Shown: positions 1-11,860, numbered from the stretch's first letter. The stretch is 64,000 bases of DNA from Chloroflexota bacterium (GCA_965198185.1 CBDAOU010000001.1:636310-700309); one strand, 5' to 3'. Numbers and translations are program-made. The notes: generated by a model from the letters alone, not told the origin.

Positions 1-709
1 TTTCGTGATGCGGAAAGATGAGGTCGGCGCCGCCGCCGTGGATGTCGATCTGCTCGCCGAACGCCGTCTGGATCATGGTGGAGCACTCGATGTGCCAGCC
101 GGGGCGCCCGCGTCCCCAGGGACTATCCCAGCCGATCTCGTCCTCCGGGGCGAGCTTCCACAGCGCGAAATCCCGCGGATCGCGCTTCTCCGGGTCCACC
201 TCCACACGCGCGCCGGCCTCGACGCCCACATCCTCCGTGCGTCCGGACAGTGAGCCGTATTCCGGGAATGCCGGCACCGAGAAGTAGACGCCCTGCGAGG
301 TGGGATAGGCATAGCCGCGGTCGATGAGGTGCTCCACCGCCGCCACGATTTCGGACATGGAACCGGTAACCGTGGGGTACTCGTGGGCATGGCGCACGCG
401 CAGGCGGTCGAGCACTTCGAAGTAGGCCCGCGTCTGCTCCTCGGCGTAGGCGAGCGGGTCCTGTCCGGCGGCCCGCGCGCGGTCGATGATCTTGTCGTCG
501 ATGTCGGTGAAGTTCTGGAGGTGCCGCACCTCGTAGCCGCGGTATTCCAGATAGCGCCGGACCACGTCCATGTGGACGAACATGAAGCCGTGACCGACGT
601 GGGGCGGGGCCTTGGGCGTCATGCCGCAGACGTAGAGGCGCACCGGCTCGTCGAGCGGCGCGAAGGGGCGTCGCTCTCCCGTGCGCGTGTCCGAGATGTG
701 TAGCGTCAC
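1..709 (-). CDS. cysS: cysteine--tRNA ligase, N-terminal part (gene runs off the window start)
   Basis: Own minus-strand translation from GTG at 709: 'VTLHISDTRTGERRPFAPLDEPVRLYVCGMTPKAPPHVGHG...', the class-I aaRS HIGH-region signature of CysS. Synteny ispD-ispF-cysS. Not in the ORF track because the stop lies outside the window. Confidence 0.8.
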   Translation of the reverse strand, partial: MTLHISDTRTGERRPFAPLDEPVRLYVCGMTPKAPPHVGHGFMFVHMDVVRRYLEYRGYEVRHLQNFTDIDDKIIDRARAAGQDPLAYAEEQTRAYFEVLDRLRVRHAHEYPTVTGSMSEIVAAVEHLIDRGYAYPTSQGVYFSVPAFPEYGSLSGRTEDVGVEAGARVEVDPEKRDPRDFALWKLAPEDEIGWDSPWGRGRPGWHIECSTMIQTAFGEQIDIHGGGADLIFPHHE

Positions 710-742
710 CGTGGCTGACCGTGGGCGATGCGGCGGCGAATT

Positions 743-1216
743 CTACCGATGGCGCCGCGCCAGCAGGACCACCGCGTGGCAGGCGATGGCGCGGCCCTCG
801 CCCACGGCGTCCAGACCTTCATTGGATGCGGCCTTGACGCTGACGCGATCGGCACCCACGTCGAGGCACTCCGCCACGCGCTGCTCGATGGCGGGCACGT
901 GCCCGGCGAGCTTGGGCCGCTCCAGCAACACGGTGGCGTCCACGTTCACCGGTTCCCAGCCGGCGTCGCGGGCACGGGCGGCAGTCTCGCGCGCGAACCG
1001 TGAGCTGTCGGCGCCGCGCCAGGCGGGATCGCTGTCCGGATAGTGCCGGCCGATGTCGCCGGCCTTGAGCGCGCCCAGGACGGCGTCCACGATGGCGTGC
1101 AGCAGCACGTCGGCGTCCGAGTGGCCCACGGCGCCGTGCTCGGACGGAACTTTCACACCGCCGATCAGCAGCGGGCGGCCGGCGGCGAGCCGATGGATGT
1201 CGTAGCCGTGGCCCAC
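743..1216 (-). CDS. ispF: 2-C-methyl-D-erythritol 2,4-cyclodiphosphate synthase
   Basis: ORF 743..1360 contains 'VGHGYDIHRL...GHSDADVLLHA', an IspF motif. Likely start is GTG at 1216 (V49 of the listed ORF), giving ~158 aa, typical for IspF. Confidence 0.9.
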   Translation of the reverse strand: MGHGYDIHRLAAGRPLLIGGVKVPSEHGAVGHSDADVLLHAIVDAVLGALKAGDIGRHYPDSDPAWRGADSSRFARETAARARDAGWEPVNVDATVLLERPKLAGHVPAIEQRVAECLDVGADRVSVKAASNEGLDAVGEGRAIACHAVVLLARRHR

Positions 1217-1254
1217 GCGCAGCTCGGGCAGGGGCTCTGACGCCTCCGTGCCGC

Positions 1255-2175
1255 CTACCAGTAGTCCTCCGTGATCACCTGTGACTCGCGGCCGGTCGTG
1301 GGAAAGCCCTGGCCGGCGAGCACCTCTTTCACGTCGCTGATCATGCCCGGATTGCCGCACAGGTAGGCCGCGCTGCCGGCAACCGAGAGCCGCTCACGCA
1401 CCTGGTCGTGGATCTCGGCGGGCAGGTAGGGGGCCACGCGGCCGATCGCGGGCTCGCCGCAGATCATCCGCAACACGTCGTTCAGCCGCCCGCGGCCCAT
1501 TGCTTCCTCGTACCCGGGGTCTTGGGTGGGGCGGCTGACGACGGGCACGTAGAGCAACTCGAATCCGGCGTCGGCGGCCAGCGCTTCCAGCTCGGCGCGA
1601 TAGCCCAGCTGGCTGGCGTAAGACACCCCGTGCAGCACGGTGAGGCGACGCGGCGTGCGGCCGACGCGCTGATAGTCCTGCCAGAAGACGCGGGCCATCG
1701 AGACAAATGGGGCGAGCCCCGTGCCGGTGGCGGCGCAGACCAGGTCGTGCTGGGTGGTGCGCGAGGGCACAAAGCGGCCGGCTGGGCGCGGCATATAGAG
1801 CACCTCGTCGCCGGGTGCATGGCGCCAGAGCGCGCCGGTGAAGACGCCCTGGCGATTGCTGCCGTCCTCGTCGGCGTCGCGCACCAAGATGACGTAGAAC
1901 TCAAGCGACTCGCGCTCGGCGGACGTCGACGCGATGGAGAACTGACGCGGGCGCGGGTCGTCCGCCGGTTGGTCCCAGAAGGCGAGCTGGGTGTACTGGC
2001 CGGGCTCGAATTCGGCGAATGGCTCGCCGTCGGGGCGATCGATGGTGAAGATCGCGAGATCGGGGTCGTCAAGCAGCTCCCAAGACGCCAGCCGTGCGCG
2101 CTCCATACGCTCGCGAATGTCGCGGCGTCGGCGCCTTGGGGTAGCCGCCGGGGCCTGATCCGCGCCAGCCGTCAC
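1255..2175 (-). CDS. ferredoxin--NADP+ reductase-like FAD/NAD(P)-binding oxidoreductase
   Basis: 306-aa ORF with FNR-family features: 'AATGTGLAPFVSM' NAD-binding motif and C-terminal 'YLCGNPGM'. Sits between ispD and ispF. Confidence 0.75.
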   Translation of the reverse strand: MTAGADQAPAATPRRRRRDIRERMERARLASWELLDDPDLAIFTIDRPDGEPFAEFEPGQYTQLAFWDQPADDPRPRQFSIASTSAERESLEFYVILVRDADEDGSNRQGVFTGALWRHAPGDEVLYMPRPAGRFVPSRTTQHDLVCAATGTGLAPFVSMARVFWQDYQRVGRTPRRLTVLHGVSYASQLGYRAELEALAADAGFELLYVPVVSRPTQDPGYEEAMGRGRLNDVLRMICGEPAIGRVAPYLPAEIHDQVRERLSVAGSAAYLCGNPGMISDVKEVLAGQGFPTTGRESQVITEDYW

Positions 2176-2908
2176 TGCTGCCCACCGTGTGCGGTCATCG
2201 CGTCAGGATAGCCGGGCATGGCCGCCGCGACGCGGGCCTGCGCCGCGCGCAAGTCGGCGGGCCGCGTGATCTTGACGTTGCCGGCGTCGGACTCGAACAC
2301 GTGCACGGGCACGCCCTCGTGCTCCAGCAGCGCCACGTCGTCGGTGAACGCCGCCAGGCGGTCGCGGTTGCGCCGGTGGGCCCGGAGCAGGGCGTCCAGG
2401 CGACCGATTTGGGGGGTCTGGGCCAGCCACACCTGCTCGCGCGGCAGCGTGCGCCCACGCGGCCCGCGGGCGTCACGAGCTTGACGGTGTCGACGGACGG
2501 GACGGCGGCCACGGCGGCGCCGTGCGCCCGGGCCGCCTGGACGCCGCGCGCGATGATGTCCGGGGTCACGAAGGGGCGCGCGCCGTCGTGGATGACGGCG
2601 AACGCCGCGCCGCCGACGACGAGCGTCTCGAGTCCATGGAGGACCGACTCGGCGCGCGACGCGCCGCCCAGCACCACGCGCGTCACCTTGGTCAGGCGCG
2701 CGGCGCGAATGACGTCGGCGATCTGGTCGCGGTTGGCCGCGCTTGCCGTCACCACCACCTGGCGAATCTCAGGCGTTTGCTCGAAGGCGCGCAGGCTCCA
2801 GACGATCAGCGGCGCGTCAGCCAGCGGCGCCAGCAGCTTGTCCTCTCCGCCCATGCGGGTCGCGCCGCCAGCGGCGAGCACCACGGCGTCCACGGGGCCC
2901 GCGGTCAT
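2172..2908 (-). pseudogene. ispD: 2-C-methyl-D-erythritol 4-phosphate cytidylyltransferase, interrupted by a frameshift
   Basis: N-terminal two thirds ('VVLAAGGATRMG...AVIHDGARPF...VDTVKLVTPAGRV') lie in the frame of ORF 2195..2908. The C-terminal third ('TLPREQVWLAQTPQ...FTDD...NVKITRPADL') lies in the frame of ORF 2172..2432. The two frames switch within ~2450-2458 in a GC-rich run. Confidence 0.75.
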
Positions 2909-4239
2909 GGCAGCGCGAGGGCCAGGGCTTCGGCCAGATTTGCCGCCCCGAGGCCCTCGGTCGCGCCGTTGCGTTCGCCGGCGGCCGGCACCAGGCAGCG
3001 GGTGAAGCCGAGACGCTCGGCCTCGCGCACGCGCACCGCGGCGGAGGGCACCGAGCGCAACTCGCCGGACAGCCCCAGCTCCCCGATCGCCGCGACCTGC
3101 GGCCCGGGCGCCTGGTCGCGCGCGCTGGACGCGATCGCCACGGCCACCGCCAAGTCGACCGCGGGCTCGCGCAGCCGCAAGCCGCCGACCACGTTCACGT
3201 AGACATCGTGATTGCCAAGCTGGACCCCGGCGCGGCGGCCCAGCACCGCCAGCAGCATGTGCAGCCGGTTGAGGTCGAATCCCGTGGCGAGGCGCTTCGG
3301 CAGGGCATAGGCCGTCGGCGCCGTCAGCGCCTGAATCTCGACGACCAGCGGTCGCGTGCCCTCCAGCGGCACCGCAACCGCCGAGCCCGGCGCGCGGGCG
3401 TCCCGTTCGGCGAGGAACAGCGCGGAGGGATTGGGCACCTCGTGCAGTCCGTCGCCGCGCATCTCGAACACGGCCACCTCGAAGGTCGGGCCAAAGCGGT
3501 TCTTCACCGACCGCAGCAGCCGCTGGGCGTGAAAGTCGTCGCCTTCCAGATACAGCACCGTGTCCACGATGTGCTCGAGGGTGCGCGGCCCGGCCACCGT
3601 GCCTTCCTTGGTGACGTGGCCCACCAGCATCACGGGCGTCTGGGAGGCCTTGGCGAACTGCATGATCTGGAGCGTGGCCTCGCGCACCTGGCTGATGCTG
3701 CCGGGCGCCGCCGCCAAGCCCTCGACGCGCACGGTTTGAATTGAGTCGACGACCACGAGGCCGGCGCGCAGTCGCTCGGCTTCGGCCAGCGCGCCGCCGA
3801 CCTCGGTATCCGGATAGATGTGAATGGCGCTGGACTCGAGGCCCATGCGCCGGGCGCGCATGCGGACCTGCTGGGGCGACTCTTCCGCCGCGGCGTAGAG
3901 CACCGGGCGCCGGTCGGTCCCCAGGGCGGCGGCCGCGCGCAGCACGAGGGTGGACTTGCCGATGCCAGGATCGCCGCCGATGAGGATTAGCGCGCCGCCG
4001 ACCAGGCCGCCGCCCAGCACGCGATCAAACTCGCTCATGCCGGTCGAGCGCCGCACGGCGGCATCGTCCTCGACGGCACCCAGCGGTACGGCGGCAACGG
4101 AAGCGGAAGACGACGCCGCGCGCGGCGGGCGGTGCTCGATGATGCTATTCCAGGCGCCGCAGGCGCCGCATTGGCCGCTCCACTGCTGGTGGCGCGCGCC
4201 GCAGTCCTCGCAGATGTAGCTGCTGCGCGCCTTAGCCAT
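2905..4239 (-). CDS. radA: DNA repair protein RadA/Sms
   Basis: N-terminal zinc ribbon (CEDCGARHQQWSGQCGACGAW), Walker A 'GDPGIGKST', Lon-like C-terminal domain. 444 aa. Confidence 0.9.
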   Translation of the reverse strand: MAKARSSYICEDCGARHQQWSGQCGACGAWNSIIEHRPPRAASSSASVAAVPLGAVEDDAAVRRSTGMSEFDRVLGGGLVGGALILIGGDPGIGKSTLVLRAAAALGTDRRPVLYAAAEESPQQVRMRARRMGLESSAIHIYPDTEVGGALAEAERLRAGLVVVDSIQTVRVEGLAAAPGSISQVREATLQIMQFAKASQTPVMLVGHVTKEGTVAGPRTLEHIVDTVLYLEGDDFHAQRLLRSVKNRFGPTFEVAVFEMRGDGLHEVPNPSALFLAERDARAPGSAVAVPLEGTRPLVVEIQALTAPTAYALPKRLATGFDLNRLHMLLAVLGRRAGVQLGNHDVYVNVVGGLRLREPAVDLAVAVAIASSARDQAPGPQVAAIGELGLSGELRSVPSAAVRVREAERLGFTRCLVPAAGERNGATEGLGAANLAEALALALP

Positions 4240-4302
4240 TTGGGCTAGCGCGAAACGCGCTGGGAAGGGTTGGCGCGCCGACGGCGCGGCGCGCGGGCCC
4301 GG

Positions 4303-6758
<2,456 letters not shown>

Positions 6759-6762
<4 letters not shown>

Positions 6763-7313
6763 CTGACATCCCCTGCAGCGGCCCCGGTGTCAGCCGTGGG
6801 CGGTGTCCTTGGCCTCAATTGTCGCACGATAGTCGGCCTCTGGCCCTCGCCGCGGCCGAGTTGGATCGAGCTCTGGCTCATCAACTGCGCGACCTGCGCC
6901 CGCACCTCTTCCAGGTTCACACCCAGACTCTCGAGCACCCCGGGGCCGGTTCCCCCGCCCTCGCGCAGGAGCCCCAGCAGCAGGTGCTCGGTGCCGATGT
7001 AGTTGTGGCCCAGCCGCCGCGCTTCCTCGATGGAGAACTCGATGACCCGCTTCACGCGGGGCGTCAGCCTGAAATTGCCCACCATCCTGGCCTCGCCGCG
7101 GCCGATGACAAACTCCACCGCGTTTCGAACCGTGCGCAACTCAACCCCCTGGTTGGTGAGCACCTGCGCGGCGATGCCCTCGCCCTCGCGCACCAGCCCC
7201 AGCAGCAAGTGCTCGGTGCCGATGTAATCGTGGTTGAACCGCGTAGCCTCGTCTTGGGCGAAGACCAAGACCTGCTTGGCGCGCTCGGTGAGTTTATTCA
7301 GGCGGTCGTTCAC
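6759..7313 (-). CDS. stand-alone Clp N-terminal (Clp_N repeat) domain protein, a recent duplicate of the clpC 5' end
   Basis: 184 aa, ~85% identical to ClpC residues 1-150. GTG start in the same 48-nt leader context as clpC. Its TGA stop overlaps the clpC GTG start (GTGA). Confidence 0.8.
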
Positions 7314-7340
7314 CTGACATCCCCTGCAGCGGCCCCGGTG

Positions 7341-8483
7341 TCAGCCGTGGGCGGTGTCCAAGCTCCCCATTGTCGCACTCTCGCCGGCGTCGGTTGGTAA
7401 CGGCGACAACCGAATCCGCCGCCGGCCGGCGTCGATGCTCAGGATTTGGAACTTGCCGAAGTCCCCCTCGCGCATCGAGTCCAGCGCCGCGTCCCCCAGA
7501 TCGGAGGCGTGGGCCAGTCCTTCGATGCCGTCCGTGAGCCGCACGAAGGCTCCAAACGGCGCCAGCTTGGTCACCTCGCCCTCGACGATTTCGTTCACGC
7601 CGTACTTGGACTCCAGCGACTGCCAGGGGTCCTTGGTCGCGCGGCGCAGGCTGAGGGCGATCTTCTTGTCCTCGCGGTCCAGCGAGAGCACGTAGACCTC
7701 GATCTCCTGGCCCGGCTTCAGAATCTCCTCCGGGCTTTCGACCCGGCTCCACGAGAGCTCCGAGATGTGGGCCAAGCCGTCGGCGCCGCCCAGGTCGACG
7801 AAGGCGCCAAAACTGCAAATGTTGCTCACGATGCCCTGCCGCACCTGGCCGACCTGGAGCTCGTCCAGCAGCACCTCGCGGCGGCGCGAGCGGACCTCGC
7901 GCTCAGCCACGCGCTCGGAGAGGATCAGGCGATTGCGGCGACGGTCGAGCTCAATGATCTTGACGTTGATCTTGCGGCCCACCAGTTCCGCCAGCCGCGC
8001 GGCCAGCTCGTCCTCGGTCTCGTCGCTGGCCCCGCGCCGCAGGCTGGTGAGCTGCGACAGCGGCACGAAGCCGCGCGGCCCCACGTCCACCAGGACGCCG
8101 CCCTTGTTGTATTCGAGGATCGTGGCGTCGATGATCGTGCCGTTCTCGAACAGCTCCTCGGTGGCGCGCCACACCTTTTCCTGCTCGGCGCGGCGGAAGG
8201 AGAGCATGGCGCGGCCGTCGCCTTCCGGCTGCACCACGTACACCAGCACGGTCTCGCCAAGCGAATGAACCGGGCGCGGTTCCTCCAGCCGGGTGTCCCA
8301 CTGCTCGCGCTCGGGCACGAAGCCTTCGGCCTTGAGCCCGATGTCCACGAGAATCTCGTCGGGCTCGATGCCGACCACCACGCCTTCAAGCACGTCGCCG
8401 CGGCCGATGCTCGGCAGCTGCGAACTTGCGTCCTCCAGAAGGTCTTCCATGGACTCGAGCACCGGCATCTCATCCGGCGGCAT
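7341..8483 (-). CDS. rpsA: 30S ribosomal protein S1-like, four S1 domains
   Basis: Four S1 RNA-binding repeats (GxV.G.V....G.FV..G). The long ORF 7341..8624 probably starts at an internal Met near 8483, 8468 or 8450. Confidence 0.75.
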   Translation of the reverse strand: MPPDEMPVLESMEDLLEDASSQLPSIGRGDVLEGVVVGIEPDEILVDIGLKAEGFVPEREQWDTRLEEPRPVHSLGETVLVYVVQPEGDGRAMLSFRRAEQEKVWRATEELFENGTIIDATILEYNKGGVLVDVGPRGFVPLSQLTSLRRGASDETEDELAARLAELVGRKINVKIIELDRRRNRLILSERVAEREVRSRRREVLLDELQVGQVRQGIVSNICSFGAFVDLGGADGLAHISELSWSRVESPEEILKPGQEIEVYVLSLDREDKKIALSLRRATKDPWQSLESKYGVNEIVEGEVTKLAPFGAFVRLTDGIEGLAHASDLGDAALDSMREGDFGKFQILSIDAGRRRIRLSPLPTDAGESATMGSLDTAHG

Positions 8484-8703
8484 CGTCTCCGCGACGGCGC
8501 CGGCGGCCGGCGCTTCGTCGGTTGTGGTCAAGGGCGCACCTCTACTGGTTCGGTATCGAACAACTTTCGCAGCGGACCCGAGTATAGCAACGCCATCCTG
8601 GGTTTCTGGTGAAGTCGCGGCCATTTCACTCGCCGCGCAGTGCCGGTGCGGCGTCGCCCCGAACCGTTGCGCCTGGGTCGGTGCGACCCAGGCGCCGGCC
8701 CGT

Positions 8704-9471
8704 TCAGGGCATCTGGAACCCGCCGTCGTAGCTGATGTTCTGCCCGGTGATGTAGTCGGCTTCCTCCGACAGCAGGAACGCGGTCATGGTGGCCACGTCC
8801 TCGGGCTGCTCGGCGCGGCCCAGCGGGACCAGCTTGATCATCTCGGCGAACACCTCGCCCTCCTGCCGCCCCTGGCGCGCGCCTTTTTCGCGGTCGATCT
8901 TGGCCCACATGTCGGTATCCACGAGCCCGGGGCTGACGGCGTTGACGCGCACCTGATGTGGGCTCAACTCCAAGGCCAGGTTGCGCGTCAGCCCATGAAG
9001 CGCGGTCTTGCTGGTGCTGTAGGCGCCCAGCCACTCCGAGGGCCGGCGGGACGATGCGGAGGAAATGATGACGATGCTGCCCCGGTTTCGCGCCGCCATG
9101 ACCCGCCCCGCGGCTTGGGTAAAGAAGAACGCGCCATCGAGATTGACCGCCATCAACCGGCGCCAGTCCTCGGGAGCCATCTCCAGCAGCGGCCGCACCA
9201 TCAAGATGCCGGCGTTGGCCACCGCGCCGGTCAGCCCGCCCAGGTCCGCATCCACCTCATTCACCCAGGCCGACACGGCGTCGGGGTCGGTGACGTCCAA
9301 CGCGTCGCCGCGCGCGCGACCGCCGCCCTGCTCGATCGCGACCGCCACTTCGGCGGCGCTGTCGCCGTTGATGTCGGACACCGCGACGGCCCAGCCCTCC
9401 CTGGCCATGCGCAACGCGATCGCTCGACCGATGCCGCGTCCGGCGCCGGTGATGGCAAGTGCCCCCGCCAT
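8704..9471 (-). CDS. SDR-family oxidoreductase (short-chain dehydrogenase/reductase)
   Basis: 'TGAGRGIGRAIA' Rossmann motif, 'NAG' motif and a catalytic YxxxK ('YSTSK'). 255 aa. Confidence 0.85.
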   Translation of the reverse strand: MAGALAITGAGRGIGRAIALRMAREGWAVAVSDINGDSAAEVAVAIEQGGGRARGDALDVTDPDAVSAWVNEVDADLGGLTGAVANAGILMVRPLLEMAPEDWRRLMAVNLDGAFFFTQAAGRVMAARNRGSIVIISSASSRRPSEWLGAYSTSKTALHGLTRNLALELSPHQVRVNAVSPGLVDTDMWAKIDREKGARQGRQEGEVFAEMIKLVPLGRAEQPEDVATMTAFLLSEEADYITGQNISYDGGFQMP

Positions 9472-9627
9472 TTGTTCCCCCTGCGTCTTGTCCGTGGCTC
9501 CCGACTCGGCGCCGCCGGCGGCCTGGAACCTCTATATGAACTTCGCCGCGACGATCTCAGTGCGCCATCGTACGCGCCGCGGTGGATCGCCGCGGCGTGA
9601 CGCGAAGAGCGGCGCGGTCGGCAGTCC

Positions 9628-10143
9628 CTATGCCGACCCGGTTTCGACAAAGGCCACGCGCGGAAGCAGTTGCTCGTCGAACTCTCCCACCCGCTCTGGT
9701 CCCAGCTCTTCGAGCGCCGCCAAAACCCGGGCCGCCACAACCCTCAGCGCCGTCACGTCGACACCCAGGCACACCGGCTCGAACGGCTCCAAGCGCGCCA
9801 AGCCGTAGCGCAGCAGGTTGCAGGCGCCGCGATGGTTCCCGCGCGAGAGGTGATAGCACCCGACGCCGACCTGCAAGATTCCGCGGTACAGATCGCGCAC
9901 GGGTCCGGTTTCGGCGCGCCAGGCATCTTCCAAGACCTCGTGCTGGGCGTAGAAGGCGCGGTGATTGAAGAGCGCCGCCCCTCGGAGCAGCGCCTCGTCC
10001 GGCGGCCCCTCGCAGCCGCAGGGCACGGAGTCCTTGTCACGCACGCCGCTCCCCCTCACCTCACTCCGGTTTGTCTCAGGCCGGGCGCCAGACGGGCATC
10101 GGCGCACCGGCGTCAGCGCAGAGCCAGAATAGCCAGACGGCAT
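9628..10143 (-). CDS. DUF309 domain protein (start uncertain)
   Basis: The core 'GAALFNHRAFYAQHEVLEDAWR...LYRGILQVGVGCYHLSRGN' matches the DUF309 helical domain. The N-terminal ~40 aa of the listed ORF may be untranslated. Confidence 0.55.
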   Translation of the reverse strand: MPSGYSGSALTPVRRCPSGARPETNRSEVRGSGVRDKDSVPCGCEGPPDEALLRGAALFNHRAFYAQHEVLEDAWRAETGPVRDLYRGILQVGVGCYHLSRGNHRGACNLLRYGLARLEPFEPVCLGVDVTALRVVAARVLAALEELGPERVGEFDEQLLPRVAFVETGSA

Positions 10144-10205
10144 TGGCGCTCCGAGGCGCAGCGCGGGCTTGCGCCGAGCAGGCCCGGCTATACTTCAGAG
10201 AAGCT

Positions 10206-10293
10206 GGAGGGGTGTCCGAGTGGCTTAAGGAGGTGGTCTTGAAAACCACTAGGCGGCTTGCCCGCCTCGTGGGTTCGAATCCCACCCCCTCCG
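10206..10293 (+). tRNA. tRNA-Ser (anticodon TGA)
   Basis: Cloverleaf: acceptor GGAGGGG/CCCCTCC, D-arm 'GTCCGAGTGGCTTAAGGAGG', anticodon loop cTTGAaa, long variable arm and a T-arm 'GGGTTCGAATCCCAC'. CCA is encoded at 10294-10296. Confidence 0.85.
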
Positions 10294-10324
10294 CCAGTCG
10301 CCCCGTCCGGCCCGGTCCGATCTT

Positions 10325-10417
10325 GGAGGAGTCGCATAGTTGGTCTAGTGCGGCCGCCTGCTAAGCGGTTACCGGGGGTGTCCCCCTCGGTCGTGGGTTC
10401 GAATCCCACCTCCTCCG
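10325..10417 (+). tRNA. tRNA-Ser (anticodon GCT)
   Basis: Acceptor GGAGGAG/CTCCTCC, anticodon loop CTGCTAA, long variable arm 'TACCGGGGGTGTCCCCCTCGGTC' and a T-arm 'GGGTTCGAATCCCAC'. No encoded CCA. Confidence 0.85.
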
Positions 10418-10623
10418 CCGGCAGTCTCGCTGCGGCCTAGCGCGCGTGTTTGCCGCGCGGCGGCACCCTCGGTGGATCTGCGCCGCCCCACCGATTTCGA
10501 CGCGGCTGCTGGCGATCTCCACCGCGCGGTGACGACGCTCTTACCAGCTTGCGGCACCGACGGTTCCCGCATCTCCAGCACTCGCGCAGCCGACGGTGAG
10601 GCTGCCTGCGATACTATGCATAC

Positions 10624-10881
10624 TTGTATTCACTGCAGTCGGGGACAGACCTCCTGGCGACCTCGATCCGCCTGGCTCCCGAAACCGAGGAGCGACTTCG
10701 CTTCCTCGCCGCTCAAACCGGGCGCTCCAAGGCCTTCTACCTGCGCGAGCTCATCGAAAACGGCATCGATGAGCTTGAGGACTACTACCTGGCCGCCAGT
10801 GTGCTCGAGCGCGTGCGCAAGGGGCGGGAGCGCCTGCATCCGGCCGCCGACGTGAAGGCCGACCTTGGCCTGGACGGTTGA
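10624..10881 (+). CDS. relB: RelB/ParD-type ribbon-helix-helix antitoxin
   Basis: 'TSIRLAPETEERLRFLAAQTGRSKAFYLRELIENGIDELEDYYLA' is an RHH antitoxin signature. The TTG start at 10624 is uncertain. Immediately precedes a RelE/ParE toxin. Confidence 0.65.
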   Translation: MYSLQSGTDLLATSIRLAPETEERLRFLAAQTGRSKAFYLRELIENGIDELEDYYLAASVLERVRKGRERLHPAADVKADLGLDG

Positions 10882-11131
10882 GTACACCGAGACGTCGCTA
10901 GGGCAACTGCGCAAGCTCGACAAACGCATGGCGCGGCGGGTCATCGAGTACATGGACGAGTTGGTCGCGGTCCTCGATGACCCACGGCGACGCGGCAAGG
11001 CATTGACCGGACCCATGGGCGGCTTGTGGCGTTATCGGATAGGGCGGTGCCGCGTAATCTGCGACCTTCAGGATCAGGTGCTGCGCGTACTGGTGCTGCG
11101 TGTCGCGAGGCGGGACCGGGCCTACCGCTGA
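10865..11131 (+). CDS. relE: RelE/ParE-family toxin
   Basis: 88 aa. 'LRKLDKRMARRVIEYMDEL...LWRYRIGRCRVICDLQDQVLRVLVLRVARRDRAY' is a RelE/ParE fold signature. Overlaps the antitoxin 3' end. Confidence 0.75.
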   Translation: MAWTVEYTETSLGQLRKLDKRMARRVIEYMDELVAVLDDPRRRGKALTGPMGGLWRYRIGRCRVICDLQDQVLRVLVLRVARRDRAYR

Positions 11132-11165
11132 CTCGCCAGCGCCGCCTCCCACCAGAGCGTGTCGC

Positions 11166-11570
11166 CTAGAGCCAATTCTCGACGGCCAGCCCCGGAACCC
11201 GCTCGAAGTGCCGCACGTTTCCGGTGACCACTGTCAGGCCCCGCGCGAGCGCGATGGCAGCGATGCGCAGATCGGCGTCGCCCAGGGGCGTGCCGCGCCG
11301 CTCCAGCTCGGTCCGCACTTCCCCGTAGCGCCTCGCGGCAGTGGTATCGAACGGAAGGACCGGCAGCTCCGGCAGGAGCCTGGTTTCGATCTGAGTTAGC
11401 AAGTCATCGGCCTGGGGACCCCGCCGCCGTGCTCCATAAAGCAACTCTCCCAGCGTGATGCTGGAGGTGAACTGCGACTCCGCCGGCACGGCGGCCAGCT
11501 TTGTGATCAGGCTCATCGAGGGGGAACGCTTCAGCAGATTGCTCAGGACGTCGGTATCCAGCAGGTACAT
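11166..11570 (-). CDS. vapC: PIN-domain toxin VapC
   Basis: 134 aa. 'MYLLDTDVLS' N-terminal acidic residue; PIN catalytic Asp/Glu pattern. Downstream of a Phd/YefM antitoxin with a 1-nt overlap. Confidence 0.85.
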   Translation of the reverse strand: MYLLDTDVLSNLLKRSPSMSLITKLAAVPAESQFTSSITLGELLYGARRRGPQADDLLTQIETRLLPELPVLPFDTTAARRYGEVRTELERRGTPLGDADLRIAAIALARGLTVVTGNVRHFERVPGLAVENWL

Positions 11571-11860
11571 CAGTCCTCGAGCGCCACCTCTCGCCCGGTG
11601 TCGTGCTCCCGCGCGGCATAGATGTCGTCGACCATCGCCTCGATGTCGCGGTCGTCGATGTTGCCCCAGGCGCCGATCAAGGCCAGAGCGCCACGCGGCC
11701 GCGCCACGGCCGCCCGCTCGCTCGCGATCTGTTCCAGGTCGTCCACGCTCACCAGCGCGGCCATGGGCTTGCCGCGGCGTTCGATCACGACGTGTTGTCC
11801 CTGGTAGGCAACCGCCGCCATCAGCGACGAAAGCTCGGCTTTTGCCCGCGCCACACTCAC
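11570..11860 (-). CDS. vapB: Phd/YefM-family antitoxin (VapB)
   Basis: 96 aa. 'VVIERRGKPMAALVSVDDLEQI' is the Phd/YefM signature. Its stop overlaps the vapC start. Confidence 0.8.
   Translation of the reverse strand: MSVARAKAELSSLMAAVAYQGQHVVIERRGKPMAALVSVDDLEQIASERAAVARPRGALALIGAWGNIDDRDIEAMVDDIYAAREHDTGREVALED

Noticed and set aside
7446-8612. 388-aa plus-strand ORF
   Set aside because: Antisense of rpsA; no recognisable domains.
10076-10581. Several 60-75-aa ORFs overlapping the two tRNA-Ser genes
   Set aside because: They sit on or over tRNA genes ('GGGIRTHD...' is a translation of the tRNA T-arm) and are spurious.
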